Of a stretch of DNA of 64,000 nt, positions 51,176 to 64,000 are shown in pieces. The notes under the pieces were generated by a model. That model saw nothing but the letters and a program-made list of their open reading frames with translations. It did not search any database and was not told the DNA's origin. Where the stretch lies: assembly GCA_951406725.2 (NCBI GenBank), contig OX597824.1:24552001-24616000 (forward strand), written 5' to 3'. This stretch comes from Octopus vulgaris (Eukaryota). Within the stretch, counting starts at the first letter, position 1. Each line of letters begins with the position of its first letter. The position numbers were made by a program, and so were the translations under genes.

Positions 51176-52325
51176 ATCTTTTCTAACATAGGTACAAGGC
51201 CTGAAATTTGGAGGAGGGTGATAGTCGATTGCATCGACCCCAGTACTAAACTGGTACTTAATTTATCAATCCCGAATAGATGAAAGGCAAAGTCGACCTC
51301 GGCGGAATTTGAACTCAGAACGCAACGGCAGACGAAATACCTATTTCTTTACTACCTACAAGGGGCGAAACACAGAGGAGACAAACAAGGACATACAGAC
51401 GGATTAAGTCGATTATATCGACCCCAGTGCGTAACTGGTACTTAATTTATCAACCCCGAAAGGATGAATGGCAAAGTCGACCTCGGCGGAATTGGAACTC
51501 AGAACGTAACGGCAGACGAAATATCTATTTCTTTACTACCTACAAGGGGCGAAACACAGAGGAGACAAACAAGGACAGACAGACGGATTAAGTCGATTAT
51601 ATCGACCACAGTGCGTAACTGGTACTCTGTCGCTACGTTCTGAGTTCAAATTCCGCCGAGGTTGACTTTGCTTTTCATCCTTTCGGGGTCGATTAAATAA
51701 GTACCAGTTACGCACTGGGGTCGATGTAATCGACTTAATCCGTCTGTCTGTCCTTGTTTGTCCTCTCTGTGTTTAGCCCCTTGTGGGCAGTAAAGAAACA
51801 GGTATTTCGTCTGCCACTACGTTCTGAGGTCGACCTTGCCTTTCATCCTTTCGGGGTCGATTAAATAAGTACCAGTTACGCACTGGGGTCGATGTAATCG
51901 ACTTAATCCGTCTGTCTGTCCTTGTTTGTCCTCTCTGTGTTTAGGCCCTTGTGGGTAGTAAAGAAACAGGCATTTCGTCTGCCGCTACGTTCTGAGATCA
52001 AATCCCGCCGAGGTCGACTTTGCTTTTTATCCTTTCGGAGTCGATTAAATAAGTACCAGTTACGCACTGGGGTCGATGTAATCGACTTAATCCGTCTGTC
52101 TGTCCTTGTTTGTCCTCTCTGTGTTTAGCCCCTTGTGGGCAGTAAAGAAACAGGTATTTCGTCTGCCACTACGTTCTGAGGTCGACCTTGCCTTTCATCC
52201 TTTCGGGGTCGATTAAATAAGTACCAGTTATGCACTGGGGTCGATATAATCGACTTAATCCGTTTGTCTGTCCTTGTTTGTCCTCTCTGTGTTTAGCCCC
52301 TTGTGGGTAGTAAAGAAATAGGTAT
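51176..52325. mobile_element. Two headless SINE multimers in inverted orientation (about 2.5 units minus, 4 units plus)
   Basis: Strand switch near 51626; plus-strand units start near 51627, 51801, 51970 and 52152. Confidence 0.9.
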
Positions 52326-52780
52326 CGATCTTCACATATGTAAGAGGGCCTATGAAGAGCATTATCAGGGCTCAATCATCAAGACCAATTCTTCCAGGTA
52401 AAAAGAAAGAAAAAAAAGTTACGGACATGTTTTGGTCCAAATCAGCAAAACATTCGTTTCAAGCCTGCTATATATTTCTTCTTAGTTTAATAAGGATTTT
52501 ATTTTCCATTTCTCTCATTCTCTCTTTTTCGTTTTTCTTCTTGTTATGGTAAATGCTTTAGAGACGTCTGCTAGAAAGATTACGAAGAAACACGGCACGT
52601 TTTATTCACGATTTCCTGTCATACGCTGTAAAAAAATACTGAATAATTTATGAATTCATGTAAGATACAACAATCTGACTTTTTGTAATACAAAGTTGTT
52701 CATAAACAAATTAACTCTGCGTTGCCTTCACGTTTCAGTCTGCTAGAGATATAAATTATTACGACATCAATTCTTCAATT

Positions 52781-53012
52781 AAGGCGGCGAGCTGGCAGAA
52801 ACGTTAGCACGCCGGGCGAAATGCTTTGCGGTATTTCGTCTGCCGTTACGTTCTGAGTTCAAATTCCGCCGAGGTCGACTTTGCCTTTCATCCTTTCGGG
52901 GTCGATAAATTAAGTACCAGTTACGCACTGGGGTCGATATAATCGACTTAATCGATTTGTCTGTCCTTGTTTATCCCCTCTGTGTTTAGCCCCTTGTGGG
53001 TAGTAAAGACAT
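52781..53012 (+). mobile_element. Intact monomeric 184-bp-body SINE with short A-tail
   Basis: TSD AATTCTTCAAT at 52769-52779 and 53020-53030. Confidence 0.9.
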
Positions 53013-53910
53013 AAAAAAAAATTCTTCAATAAAAAGCGTGAACTGTCTCATGAACTCCGATCACTGAATATTCAGTACCAGTCCAAGTAGTTACCTATTA
53101 TGTAACAAGATACTATCCCCTATCTTTTAACGCTTCGGGCAACTATAGCGTAAGGGACTACAAAGAAGAAAAAATAGGGGGTTACTAATTTAAAAAATGT
53201 CGATTGTCAGAACACAACACACATGGCAAAAGAACCCGGCAGAATACATGCACGACTTAGAAAGAAGTACAAATGTCCATTTGTTCGATGAAACCTTCCA
53301 AAGCGATGTCCCTGGACGGCTGCAGTCTAATATCTAAAACAAGTAGAAAGATTTCAGGTTTTAGACTGCGGCCATGCTGGGGCACCACCTTCAAGAATTT
53401 TAATCGAACCTACACTAGTATTTAATTTTATTTTAAAGCCAGGTACTTATTCTATCAGTTCTTTTCGCCGAACCGCTAAGTTACGGAGTCGTAAACAAAC
53501 CAACACCGGTTATCAAGCGGTGGTGATGCACAAACAAACACTGTCATATACATATATACGACGGGATTCTTTCAGTTCACGTCAACCATATCCACTCACA
53601 AGGGTTTGGTCGGCCTGAGGGTATAGGAGAAAAGACTTGCACGATATACTACATAGCGGGATTGAACCCGGAACCATATTGTTGGGAAGCAAACTTCATA
53701 CCCTGTAGCCACGCCTGCACCTAGAGCTACGCCTGCGCCTAGAGCCACGCCCACCTTTTAATATATATTTTTAAGTACTGTATCAAAAGGAGTAGATTCC
53801 TTTTATGTTCTGAGTTCTTATTCTTCCTATCTTGGTTTTACTTCTTATTTCTCTCAGGTTTCACCTCTTGCTTCTCCTCCTCCTCCGACAACCACCAAAC
53901 TAAACGTACA

Positions 53911-54121
53911 CTTTACTCTTTTTACTCTTTTACTTGTTTCAGTCATTTGACTGCGGCCATGCTGGAGCACCGCCTTTAGTCGAGCAAATCGACCCCAGGA
54001 CTTTGTAAGCCTAGTACTTATTCTATCGGTCTCACTTTTGCCGAACCGCTTAGTTACGGGGACGTAAACACACCAGCACCGGTTGTCAAGCGATGTTGGG
54101 AGGACAAACACAGACACACAA

Positions 54122-54158
<37 letters not shown>

Positions 54159-54323
54159 CATATACACGACAGGCTTCTTTCAGTTTCCGTCTACCAAATC
54201 CACTCACAAGGCTTTGGTCGGCCCGAGGCTACAGTAGAAGACACTTGCCCAAAGTGCCACGCAGTGAGACTGAACCCGGAACCATGTGGTTGGTAAGCAA
54301 GCTACTTACCACACAGCCACTCC
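53911..54323 (-). mobile_element. Full-length (AAGAGTA)n-tailed SINE
   Basis: Homologous to 49441-49850; an older copy lies at 53355-53720. Confidence 0.9.
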
Positions 54324-54497
54324 ACCTGTAGTGTATAGTTTCGTCCTTTCGCATTCTGTCTTCATTCCCTCAGTGGGGTCAACTTTGCGTCGCATTCTTG
54401 GGAGTGAGGCGACTAAATTATTTCAGTTCAAGTACTGGAAATTATTGTAATCTTATATACACTCCCATTTTATTTCCTAATTAGAAAGTATATATAA

Positions 54498-54568
<71 letters not shown>

Positions 54569-54680
54569 TATATATATATATATATACTGCATCGACGTGG
54601 TTGTTTTGAAAAATTAGGATATGCAGGCAACTAGTTTACATGCGAATCTAGTTATGTGTATATTTGAAATCTAAAGGCTC

Positions 54681-54726
54681 GCTACTGACGAAAACTAGCC
54701 TCAGTAGTTAGAAACCATGGTCTAGG
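54681..54726 (+). ncRNA. Candidate minimal type I hammerhead ribozyme (Penelope-type)
   Basis: CTA-CTGACGA-a-AACTA-gcctcag-TAGTT-a-GAAA-CCATGG-TC-TAG. Confidence 0.55.
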
Positions 54727-55547
54727 AACTAAATTAGATGGCAAACGTTTTTAATTTTCAATCCTTTCGAGAATTTATCCATAATTAGTGGTTTGAGTTT
54801 TCTACTGCTCTTTCTAGCACAAGGCTTTCCTATTCTGAAGCCTCTTAGTGTGTTCTAATGTACACGATATTTATATAGTAAAAGACAGTAAAAGAGCACA
54901 TAATGAATCTTTTTAAAACCAAAGTATACAAATTTAATAATAACTCCAGGAAATTAAAAATTTGATATATGTATTTATAATTTTAATTCGAAATATAATT
55001 TTAACACTCTTTTGACACCGAAATACAATTGTCTGATATTTACATTCTGCACCAATACACAGCCTTATCGACCCTTGTATGTAGTATTAACGACGATATA
55101 ATCGCCGTCAATTCATATTTCATGTCTCACAAAACATATCGACTAATGGATGTATAACTTTGTATAAAGCGCATAACAATGGATACGAAATGTTTTGAAT
55201 TTTTCTGAAAAATACTTCGATGCACCATGAGATTTAGTGAATAGCTATATACATATAGACTTAAACGTACTGAGTAATTTCGAACATCTGTGTTTATACA
55301 AATCTTTGCATAAGAATATTCAATCAACGTAAAGTATAACAATCACAGTCAAAGAAACATGAATTTTTCTTGAAAACTTACTCGACTTACCAGAAAATTT
55401 ATCAGAATTAAATAGCACATACAACGAAAGTATACGAGTAATTTTGACTATAGTGTTTGCTTATCTGCGCCTTTGTGTGTGTGTTCGTATTTTTATACAC
55501 GCACGCACGCACACACACACACACACACAACTGTCTATATGTCAATG

Positions 55548-55615
<68 letters not shown>

Positions 55616-56506
55616 CAATTGATGTAACATGCAGCTACAGTTTTTCTTTTATCATTTTTCCAACGAAGAGACAGAGAATGCTTTATCGGAACGTAGGCAA
55701 GATAGAGAATGCATTGTCGGAACACTCCACACACAACAAATCCGGAACACTAATGTTCGCCAAATTCCACTGAGCGAATATATAGAAATATGTGGTCAGA
55801 AAATGTTTCTAATTTTTCCTTTCCACAAACCACATGATGCAAATAAGGTTGGAAGAAATATAAAATAAAAACGGTTTATTAAAAAGTTCAAACCTGTTCT
55901 GAACGGAAATAACAACAATAATATAACAACGAGTTAATGATGTGGATTAAAAAATATCTTTAACAAATTACAGAAGACTCCTACCGATTGAAATAAAATC
56001 TATCGAAACCAACTAAGTTTGCTCACTCATAAAACATGTAAACCGCAAGTTAAATGGTTAAAATAAAGGCGGGATCTATGCCAGTAATATCGATACGACT
56101 GGCCAACCGTGGCCTTTAAGATGCATGCGGATTGGTCAAAACTGTATTCCAAAAATTCGGCTCCTTCAGCTTTCTAAGATGTACAAAAAGGAAGGCATCA
56201 GTAATTTTAATACAGTTGTCAAGAACTCAACTGTTGGTTAAATGCATTTTGAAATCTGATGATTACTATGAACGTATGAAAGCGCTAATTAAACTTTATG
56301 AACACTAAAAGGCATTTTTTAATGTTTAGCACACTTCAACATTGTAAAAAAAATTATATTTTTTAAAAAATACCATAATAAGAAACGTGAAAACCAGGTC
56401 ATGTTTTAACTTTATTCAACTGATATATATATTATTCCATACAAATTTACACAAATTCGGAAAATATATATAAGTGCGTGCGTGTGTGTGTGTGTGAAAA
56501 GGTATG

Positions 56507-56723
56507 ATAAACAAAAGATGTAGTATATATCATTTATTTCCTACGTACGTTTTACCATTCTGGCTGTTTGTACCCTCTGCAGTAGATATTTAAAATTCTT
56601 GCACTATGTAAACATAATGCTTTATTGCGTTACGTATACATAAATCAAATGCATCAAGCATTCTACCACGATGGTGAAACGTACGTAGGAAATAAATTAT
56701 ATAAATAGCATCTTGTTTTTATC
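56507..56723. repeat. Imperfect inverted repeat (Penelope-like)
   Basis: ATTTATTTCCTACGTACGTTTTACCAT versus ATGGTGAAACGTACGTAGGAAATAAAT. Confidence 0.75.
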
Positions 56724-57899
56724 GTGTTTTTTTTTCCATGTATTTCCTCTGTATATAATAACCTGTAATACTAGTTAGTACAGTTGTGTGGTCATTGTAG
56801 TAACCACTCGACTTTGCTAAAATACAGGCTGGTTGATGATTCTCTACATGGGGTTTAAGACTTAATAGTCATACAATAAGCTGCGTATGCCAAGACAACC
56901 TGTCGCCACTCACTTCAACACTACAAGCCATTCGATCATTTACTTATCAGCGTGAAGTATCGCCGTACAACCTGGATACACATTCTCCAGGAAACGGAAT
57001 GAACGACGTTCCATATTTGAACTTGGCACTATTTTCTCCGACAGGTTTAAATTAACGTTTTTTTCTTCTACGGCTACACCTTGTTTTTTAGTTCATTAAA
57101 ACCCTTTCTTATCCATCTACTCCTCTCTTACTTCAGATCATTCTCGATTCTGCCTGTTTCATTTCATCCCATTACTTTTCCCATCTCACAGTTTCTCCGA
57201 CCACTACCTGTTCGAGTACGAAGCTTACGCGGTCCTGTTTACTTTATTATTTACAGCCAATTTATTTTTCTTTTCAACTTAGGAGGATGTAAAACTCTGC
57301 TGTCCCTCGTTAAGTTCCTTTCAGCTTTTCACCGAAGATGGACAATATCGAAAACGTTGGATTTTCCAATCCTCGCAACAAGTTCACTGGACGTTTTTAT
57401 TTATTATTTTTTTTACCGATTTTACTGCATTAAGTAAGTCTTTCCGATGCAGAAAAACACTAGCCTCTTTGGAGTCTATTTCACCATATATATGTATATG
57501 CACATAATGGGTTCGGAATACTATATTAAGTATACTATAATGGGGTGTGTCAGTTTCCAATGAAAGATACAGCTGAATGGTAATCCATTAAACCAGAGGG
57601 AGAAGATTTCTCCTTGGTTACGTATTTGAAGTTGACAGTGGGCGTCGCTTCTACACTTAACTTTTAAAATATTATTCTGCAATAATAATGCATGCATACA
57701 TACATACATACATACATACATACAAACATGCATACAAACATACATACATGCATACAAGCATACATACCTACCTACATACATACATACATACATACAAACA
57801 TACATACATACAAACATACATAGAAACATACATACATACAAGTATACATACATACAAACATGCATACAAGCATACATACCTATATACATACATACATGC

Positions 57900-57989
<90 letters not shown>

Positions 57990-58130
57990 TTACATACATA
58001 CATATACATATATACATTTACATACATATATATATGTATGTGTATATGTATATATATATATATTTGTATATATACATTTACATACATACATATACATATT
58101 TACATTTACATACATATACATATGCATGTG

Positions 58131-58220
<90 letters not shown>

Positions 58221-58894
58221 GATATATAGATATATAGATATATAGATATAGATATATATGTATACCCACCTGTATGTAAGTATGCATGCATATATGTATC
58301 TATCCTGGAATATAAGAGTGCACTTCTGTTTTTTGACCTCTTAAAGATCTATCTATATATATAGGTGTAGATCTTTATAGATGTACACACAAACACACAT
58401 ATATGCATGTGTATATATGCATATGGATATATATATATATATGTTGTATATAACGTCTGCATACAGACGTGTGTATATATGTGCGTTGTGTGTATGTTTT
58501 TTCTAGCACTAATTCACCTATTATTATATAGTTACCTCTCTTCAAACGAAAAATACAGATTAGCAAGGGAGCGACAAAGAATGCGATAATCAGTCTTATC
58601 TCAAGATACAATTAGAGACTTTAGAAGAAGAGAAATAAATAGACGAAGATAAGATATTACAGAGCTTTACCGAAAAAGAGCAGATGCAATAAACAACGCA
58701 ATCAACAACAACAACAACAGCAACAACAACAACAACAACAGCGACAACAAATACCGGGTGATGGATCAAAAACGTTAATGTATATATATAAACTAAAAGG
58801 GGGAGGTAGAAATAAAAAATTAAAAAATCAAGGAGAGCAGATCTGAAGTTGTTTATATATATTAAGTTATATATATATATATTCGCTGTGCTTG

Positions 58895-59342
58895 GGTGTT
58901 GTTGTTGTTGTTGTTGTTGTAGTTGTTGTTGCAGTTCTTCTTCTTCTTCTTCTTCTTCTTCTTCTTCTTCTTCATCTTCTTCTTCTTCTCCTCCTTCTCC
59001 TCCTTCTTCTTCTTCATCATTATCCTCATCGTCATCGTCTTCTTCTTCATCTTCATCATCTTCTTCTTCTTCTTCTTCTTCTTCTTCTTCTTCTTCTTCT
59101 CCTCCTCCTCCTCCTCCTCCTTCTTCATCATTATCCTCATCGTCATCGTCTTCTTCTTTTTCTTCTTCTTTTTCTTCTTCTTCTTCTTCTTCTTCTTCTT
59201 CTTCTTCTTCTCCTCCTCCTCCTCCTTCTTCATCATTATCATCATTATCATCATCGTCATCGTCTTCTTCTTCTTCTTCTTCTTCTTCTTCTTCTTCTTC
59301 TTCTTCTTCTTCTTCTTCTTCTTCTTCTTCTTCTTCTTCTTC
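58895..59342. repeat. (TTC)n/(TCC)n tract with ~110-bp higher-order repeat
   Basis: TTCATCATTATC...CATCGTCATCGTC block occurs three times. Confidence 0.9.
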
Positions 59343-59539
59343 ACGGTATTTCGTCTGCCGCTACGTTCTGAGTTCAAATTCCACCGAGGTCGACTTTGTC
59401 TTTTCGAGGTCGATTAAATAAGTATTAGTTATGCACTGGGGTCGACGTAATTTGAGACGTTACGTTTCCAGTAGAAAGGATTGTTGTTGTCGTCGTCATC
59501 ATCATCATCATCATCATCATCACCATCATCACCATCACC

Positions 59540-59571
<32 letters not shown>

Positions 59572-59630
59572 CATCATCATCGTCGTCGTCGTCGTCGTTG
59601 TCGTCGTTGTCGTCATCGTCATCATCATCA

Positions 59631-59662
<32 letters not shown>

Positions 59663-59669
59663 ATCGTCG

Positions 59670-59703
<34 letters not shown>

Positions 59704-59789
59704 TATTATTATGTCTTTGCTCAGCTTCTAACGCTGGAGACGTACTACAGTGCCACCTGTTCACTACCAGTTAACTAAGGTAACACTCC

Positions 59790-60285
59790 TTATTTTTCGA
59801 CCACCATTTGGAGTATTCGAACGGTTCCAAGCAGTGCCGTCTTCTGCAAGTGCTCCACCCTTATTGCAGCCCCTATTTGTTCCATGTACGTCTCGAGATT
59901 TTTACTCACGGTTCCCAGAGTTCCGACGATTATTAGTACTGTTATCACCTCCTTTTTTAGCGACCTCAATTACTCAACCTCCCAAGCTAACTTGTCATAT
60001 CTTTCGACTTTTCTTCCTTTCTTATCGCATACCTTGTTGTCAGCTGGGCATGCTATATCTATGATCCAGTGTCGTTTGCTTTCTTTCTCAATTAAGACTA
60101 TGTCTAGTCTCCTATTCTCTATCTCATGGTCGCACTAACTCATAAAATCCCATAAGATCTTTGCATTATCATTTTCGATGATTCCTTCGGGTTTATGTTT
60201 GTACCACTTTTTTGCTATGTCAAGTCCATACTTGACATACCAAAAATGTCCAATGGACAATCCTTGCTATATTGTCATAACGTCT
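59790..60285 (-). mobile_element. R4/Dong-like LINE RLE domain
   Basis: Encodes KWYKHKPEGIIENDNAKILWDF...RRLDIVLI...IIDIACPAD...IIVGTLGTV...LQKTALLGTVRIL. Confidence 0.9.
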
Positions 60286-60299
60286 ATACATTTTGTCCA

Positions 60300-60980
60300 C
60301 AGATTATTTAAAATCCCCTTCGTATGCTGCCTGATCGGACTTGCAGCAATGATTTGGATAGAGCTGTGCTTCTTAGTATTTCTTGCATTGAGGTCTGTTT
60401 ATCTGATATATCCGATAAAAATTCGTCCAGTTCTTGTTAGAACACGTCCACATCTACACCGCGTAGATATCGAAGAACTTCTGGCAATGTATTGAATAGT
60501 TGAGTGGCTTTGAATCCTAAACTGTTACAGTATCGGGGTGTGGAGGCACATGGCCTAGTGGTTAGAGCAGCGGACTCGCGGTCGAGGGATCGCGGGTTCG
60601 AATCTCAGACCGGGCGATGTGTGTGTTTATGAGCGAAACACCTAAGCTCCACGCGGCTCCGGCAGAAGGTAATGGCGAAACTTCTGCTGACTCTTTCGCC
60701 ACAACTTTCTCTCACTCTTTCCTTCTGCATCTTGCAGCTCACCTGCAACGGACTGGCGCCCCGTCCAGGTGGGGAACCTATACGCCAAGAAACCGGGAAA
60801 CCGGCTCTCATGAGCCAGGCATGGCTCGAGAAGGAACAAACAACAAACAACAGTATCGGTGTACCATTCTGGACGGATGCGGCAGACTCTTTAGGATTAT
60901 GCAATGGCGTGGAGTATGTTTGGTAACTGGAATAGCTTTCAATCCCAAACTTGCCAGCGATACCTTCCAGTATCTTTCAT
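60300..60980 (-). mobile_element. CR1-group LINE 3' fragment interrupted by a SINE
   Basis: Encodes KILEG...RYCNSLGFKATQLFNTLP...LDEFLSDI, continuous across the SINE. Confidence 0.7.
60538..60849 (+). mobile_element. tRNA-derived SINE (head 1, V-domain-like body)
   Basis: TSD ACAGTATCGG at 60527-60536 and 60850-60859. Confidence 0.9.
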
Positions 60981-60998
60981 ATTTATTATTATTGTTGT

Positions 60999-61051
<53 letters not shown>

Positions 61052-61053
61052 CA

Positions 61054-61116
<63 letters not shown>

Positions 61117-61254
61117 TCACACATATATATGTATGCATATACAGAATGACTTTCACATCTTTTTCTCTCTCTCCCTCCCCTTTCTCTGTATAAAAAGTGA
61201 GATAGATAGATGTACATGCATACATATCAACATACATTTCTCTATAGAAGGGTG

Positions 61255-61300
<46 letters not shown>

Positions 61301-61667
61301 CACACGTCACGTTGGGTAAGTGTTTGCTTCTATAGCTTCGGGCCAACCAAAGATTTGTTGGTGGATTTGGTAGAGAGAAACTGGAAGAAGCCCGTCGTGT
61401 ATGTGTGTGTATGTGTGTGTGCGTATGTGCATGTTTGCCTTTTTGTTTATGTTTCCCCACCCGCCATCGCTTCTTGACAACCAGTGTTGGTGTGTTGAAG
61501 TCCCCCGTAACTTAGCGGTTCGGCAAAAGAGACTGATAGAATAAGTATATTCCAGAGTTGATTTGTTCGACAAACAATCCTTCAAGACGCTGCCCAAGCA
61601 TAATCGCAGTCAAATAACTGAAACAAGTAAAAGAATAAAAAAATATTTTCATGTATATATGTATATA

Positions 61668-61715
<48 letters not shown>

Positions 61716-61758
61716 TATATAGATGTTTTGCGTTCTTGTCCCATTTTGTATTTTTTAT

Positions 61759-61837
<79 letters not shown>

Positions 61838-61838
<1 letters not shown>

Positions 61839-62001
61839 CGCAGGAGTGGTTGTATGGTAAGTAGCTTGCTAACCAACTACATGGTTCCGGGTTCAGTCCC
61901 ACTGCGTGGCATCTTGGGCAAGTGTCTTCTGCTATAGCCCCGGGCCGACCAATGCCTTGTGAGTGGATTTGGTAGACGGAAACTGAAAGAAGCCTGCCGT
62001 A

Positions 62002-62038
<37 letters not shown>

Positions 62039-62238
62039 CTGTGTGTGTGTGTTTGTGTGTCTGTGTTTGTCTCCCTAGCATTGCTTGACAACGGATGCTG
62101 GTGTGTTTACGTCCCCGTCACTTAGCGGTTCGGCAAAAGAGACCGATAGAATAAGTACTGGGCTTAAAAAAAGGCGGTGCTCCAGCATGGCCGCAGTCAA
62201 ATGAGTGAAACAAGTAAAAGAGTAAAAGAGTAAAAAGA

Positions 62239-62240
<2 letters not shown>
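61838..62240 (+). mobile_element. Full-length (AAGAGTA)n-tailed SINE in (TA)n
   Basis: Homologous to 49441-49850; an older copy lies at 61305-61640. Confidence 0.9.
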
Positions 62241-62276
<36 letters not shown>

Positions 62277-62306
62277 CGTCGTACGTACACTTTGGTCTCT
62301 TATATG

Positions 62307-62350
<44 letters not shown>

Positions 62351-62443
62351 TACACACACATACACACATATACACATACATATATATGTGTGTGTATGTG
62401 TTTCTGCTCCTATGTGAATGAGTACATATATATGTGTGTTTGT

Positions 62444-62488
<45 letters not shown>

Positions 62489-63500
62489 CATGCAATGTAC
62501 GTATGTAGCTTAATGAGACTTCGAAACCGAAACTACGAAGCTATGTACTCTTAAATATAATGGAAATGTTGTGGAATATTATTGATTAATTCTGTACAGG
62601 TGTGTGTGTGTGTGTGTGTGTGTAAGTGTATGTGTGTGCATGTATGTATGTGTATGGTTAGCATGTGTTACCACTAGTGTCCCACAATATGACCCAGTCA
62701 TTACACTTTATTTTACCATCTGTGCAGAGTTTTTGTTCTTCAAATTTATTGTCGACAATTCATTTGCTTAATTCACTTGCACCACCTTGTGCCTACTTAT
62801 CTGGCAGTATCGCAAGAGCCTCACCCGAAATACTATACTTTGTTAATTCACATTCTTTTTTTTATCGTTCCTAGTTCAAATCCCGACAGGACCAACTTTG
62901 CATTTCATTCTCTCGAGGTCGATAAAATAGAATACCAATCTAATACTTGGGTCGGTAAAATAAAGTACTGGGATTGAAATAATCGATTTAATTTTACATT
63001 GAAAATTGTTATCCATGAGCCAAAATATGAAATAATTATTATTATTGAGTGAGAGAGCAGCGCATGCCATCAAAGTGACACTGCGGTACAAATATATGAA
63101 GCCCAGTATACCCGTCATGAATACCCGTCTGATAAGGGTACATCAGCCACATGCATCGCAACCATATGTGCGCGACACGGTGATCTCATATTAAGATAAA
63201 TAGCGCATGACCTTGCAGGTGGTTTCCTGATAGAATTTTCTTCAGGTTGAGTAGCCAATCCTGCTCAATAGGTCCCTGAATAAGGGTTGTCTAAGGATGT
63301 TGAACGAAACATCCATGTTTCCAGAGGTGAATTAGTCAAACTCCAAAGAATCCCTCTCAACACATGGCTATGGTGCTCCCTCAACTTCTGTCCGTGATCA
63401 GAGATGCACATATTGTCAATTATGCTCAACAGGTTATAGTCAAACAACTGACAAGCAAATCTGTGGTATTGAGCAGGATATTTGCTGTAGCCCATCTTTT

Positions 63501-63617
63501 ATCATCATCATCATCCTTGTTTGACCGTGGTCGAGACAATGGAATTTACCATGCTACGCCAGACTTCACGATCCATCATGGCATTACGGAGGTGCTGGAT
63601 GCCTGTATCCCTGGAGA
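63501..63617 (-). mobile_element. Short RTE/RTE-X 3' end
   Basis: Reverse complement of 6104-6219; inserted in a repeat shared with 49360-49400. Confidence 0.85.
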
Positions 63618-64000
63618 ACGTGATCAGAGACAGGACCTGGCAAAGCAGGGTCTGGACCTATATCCGCAGGTATACCATTAGGTCTGGTTCCCTGGGGAAG
63701 AGGAACCCTGGTGCAGTTAATTGCAAACTCCATAGTCTTTTCAAATGGCTAATAATGTGTGCGCGCGCCACTACTACACACATTGGAAAGCATTGTACAA
63801 TCAAGTACTAAAGAAGATCTTTCCTCCTCCATGAAACAAAGCTGTTCCCGCTGGACGTCAACCCAGTATTTCTAAGCTACGGACCGAGTGATTTATTGTA
63901 AGGTTATCTCCCTAGATAGATTGCCTTCACTACGGCTAAGGGGCCCTTTCTACCCCACTGACACAGGTTGTACTGGTTTACAGTTTACCAGTAGTAGGAT

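Noticed and set aside
58849-59778. Poly-Ser/Lys/Asp ORFs
   Set aside because: (TTC)n and (TCA)n artefacts
60538-60615. tRNA gene
   Set aside because: tRNA-like head continues into a SINE body with a TSD; multiple diverged copies

Overview
Eukaryotic, AT-rich, repeat-saturated DNA. The SINE families and microsatellite load resemble an octopus genome (inference from pattern recognition, not a database match). No intact host gene, RNA gene or CRISPR array is supported, and nearly all long ORFs are microsatellite artefacts. The window contains: three tRNA-derived SINE groups; fragments of CR1-, RTE-, RTE-X-, R4/Dong-, Hero- and Tx1/L1-like LINEs; GG..CC MITEs with 8-bp TSDs carrying TTAGGG; mariner-, hAT- and Helitron-type non-autonomous elements; Penelope-like remnants with hammerhead-like cores inside (TA)n; and a 170-bp satellite. 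The most striking system is a SINE that builds head-(184-bp body)n multimers at five loci, always joined at the same nucleotide. That junction is the 3' edge of a hairpin loop in its tRNA-like head, and the SINE's 3' end (GAAATA) is complementary to the body start (ggTATTTC). Its tail matches a Tx1/L1-like LINE 3' end found in the same window.
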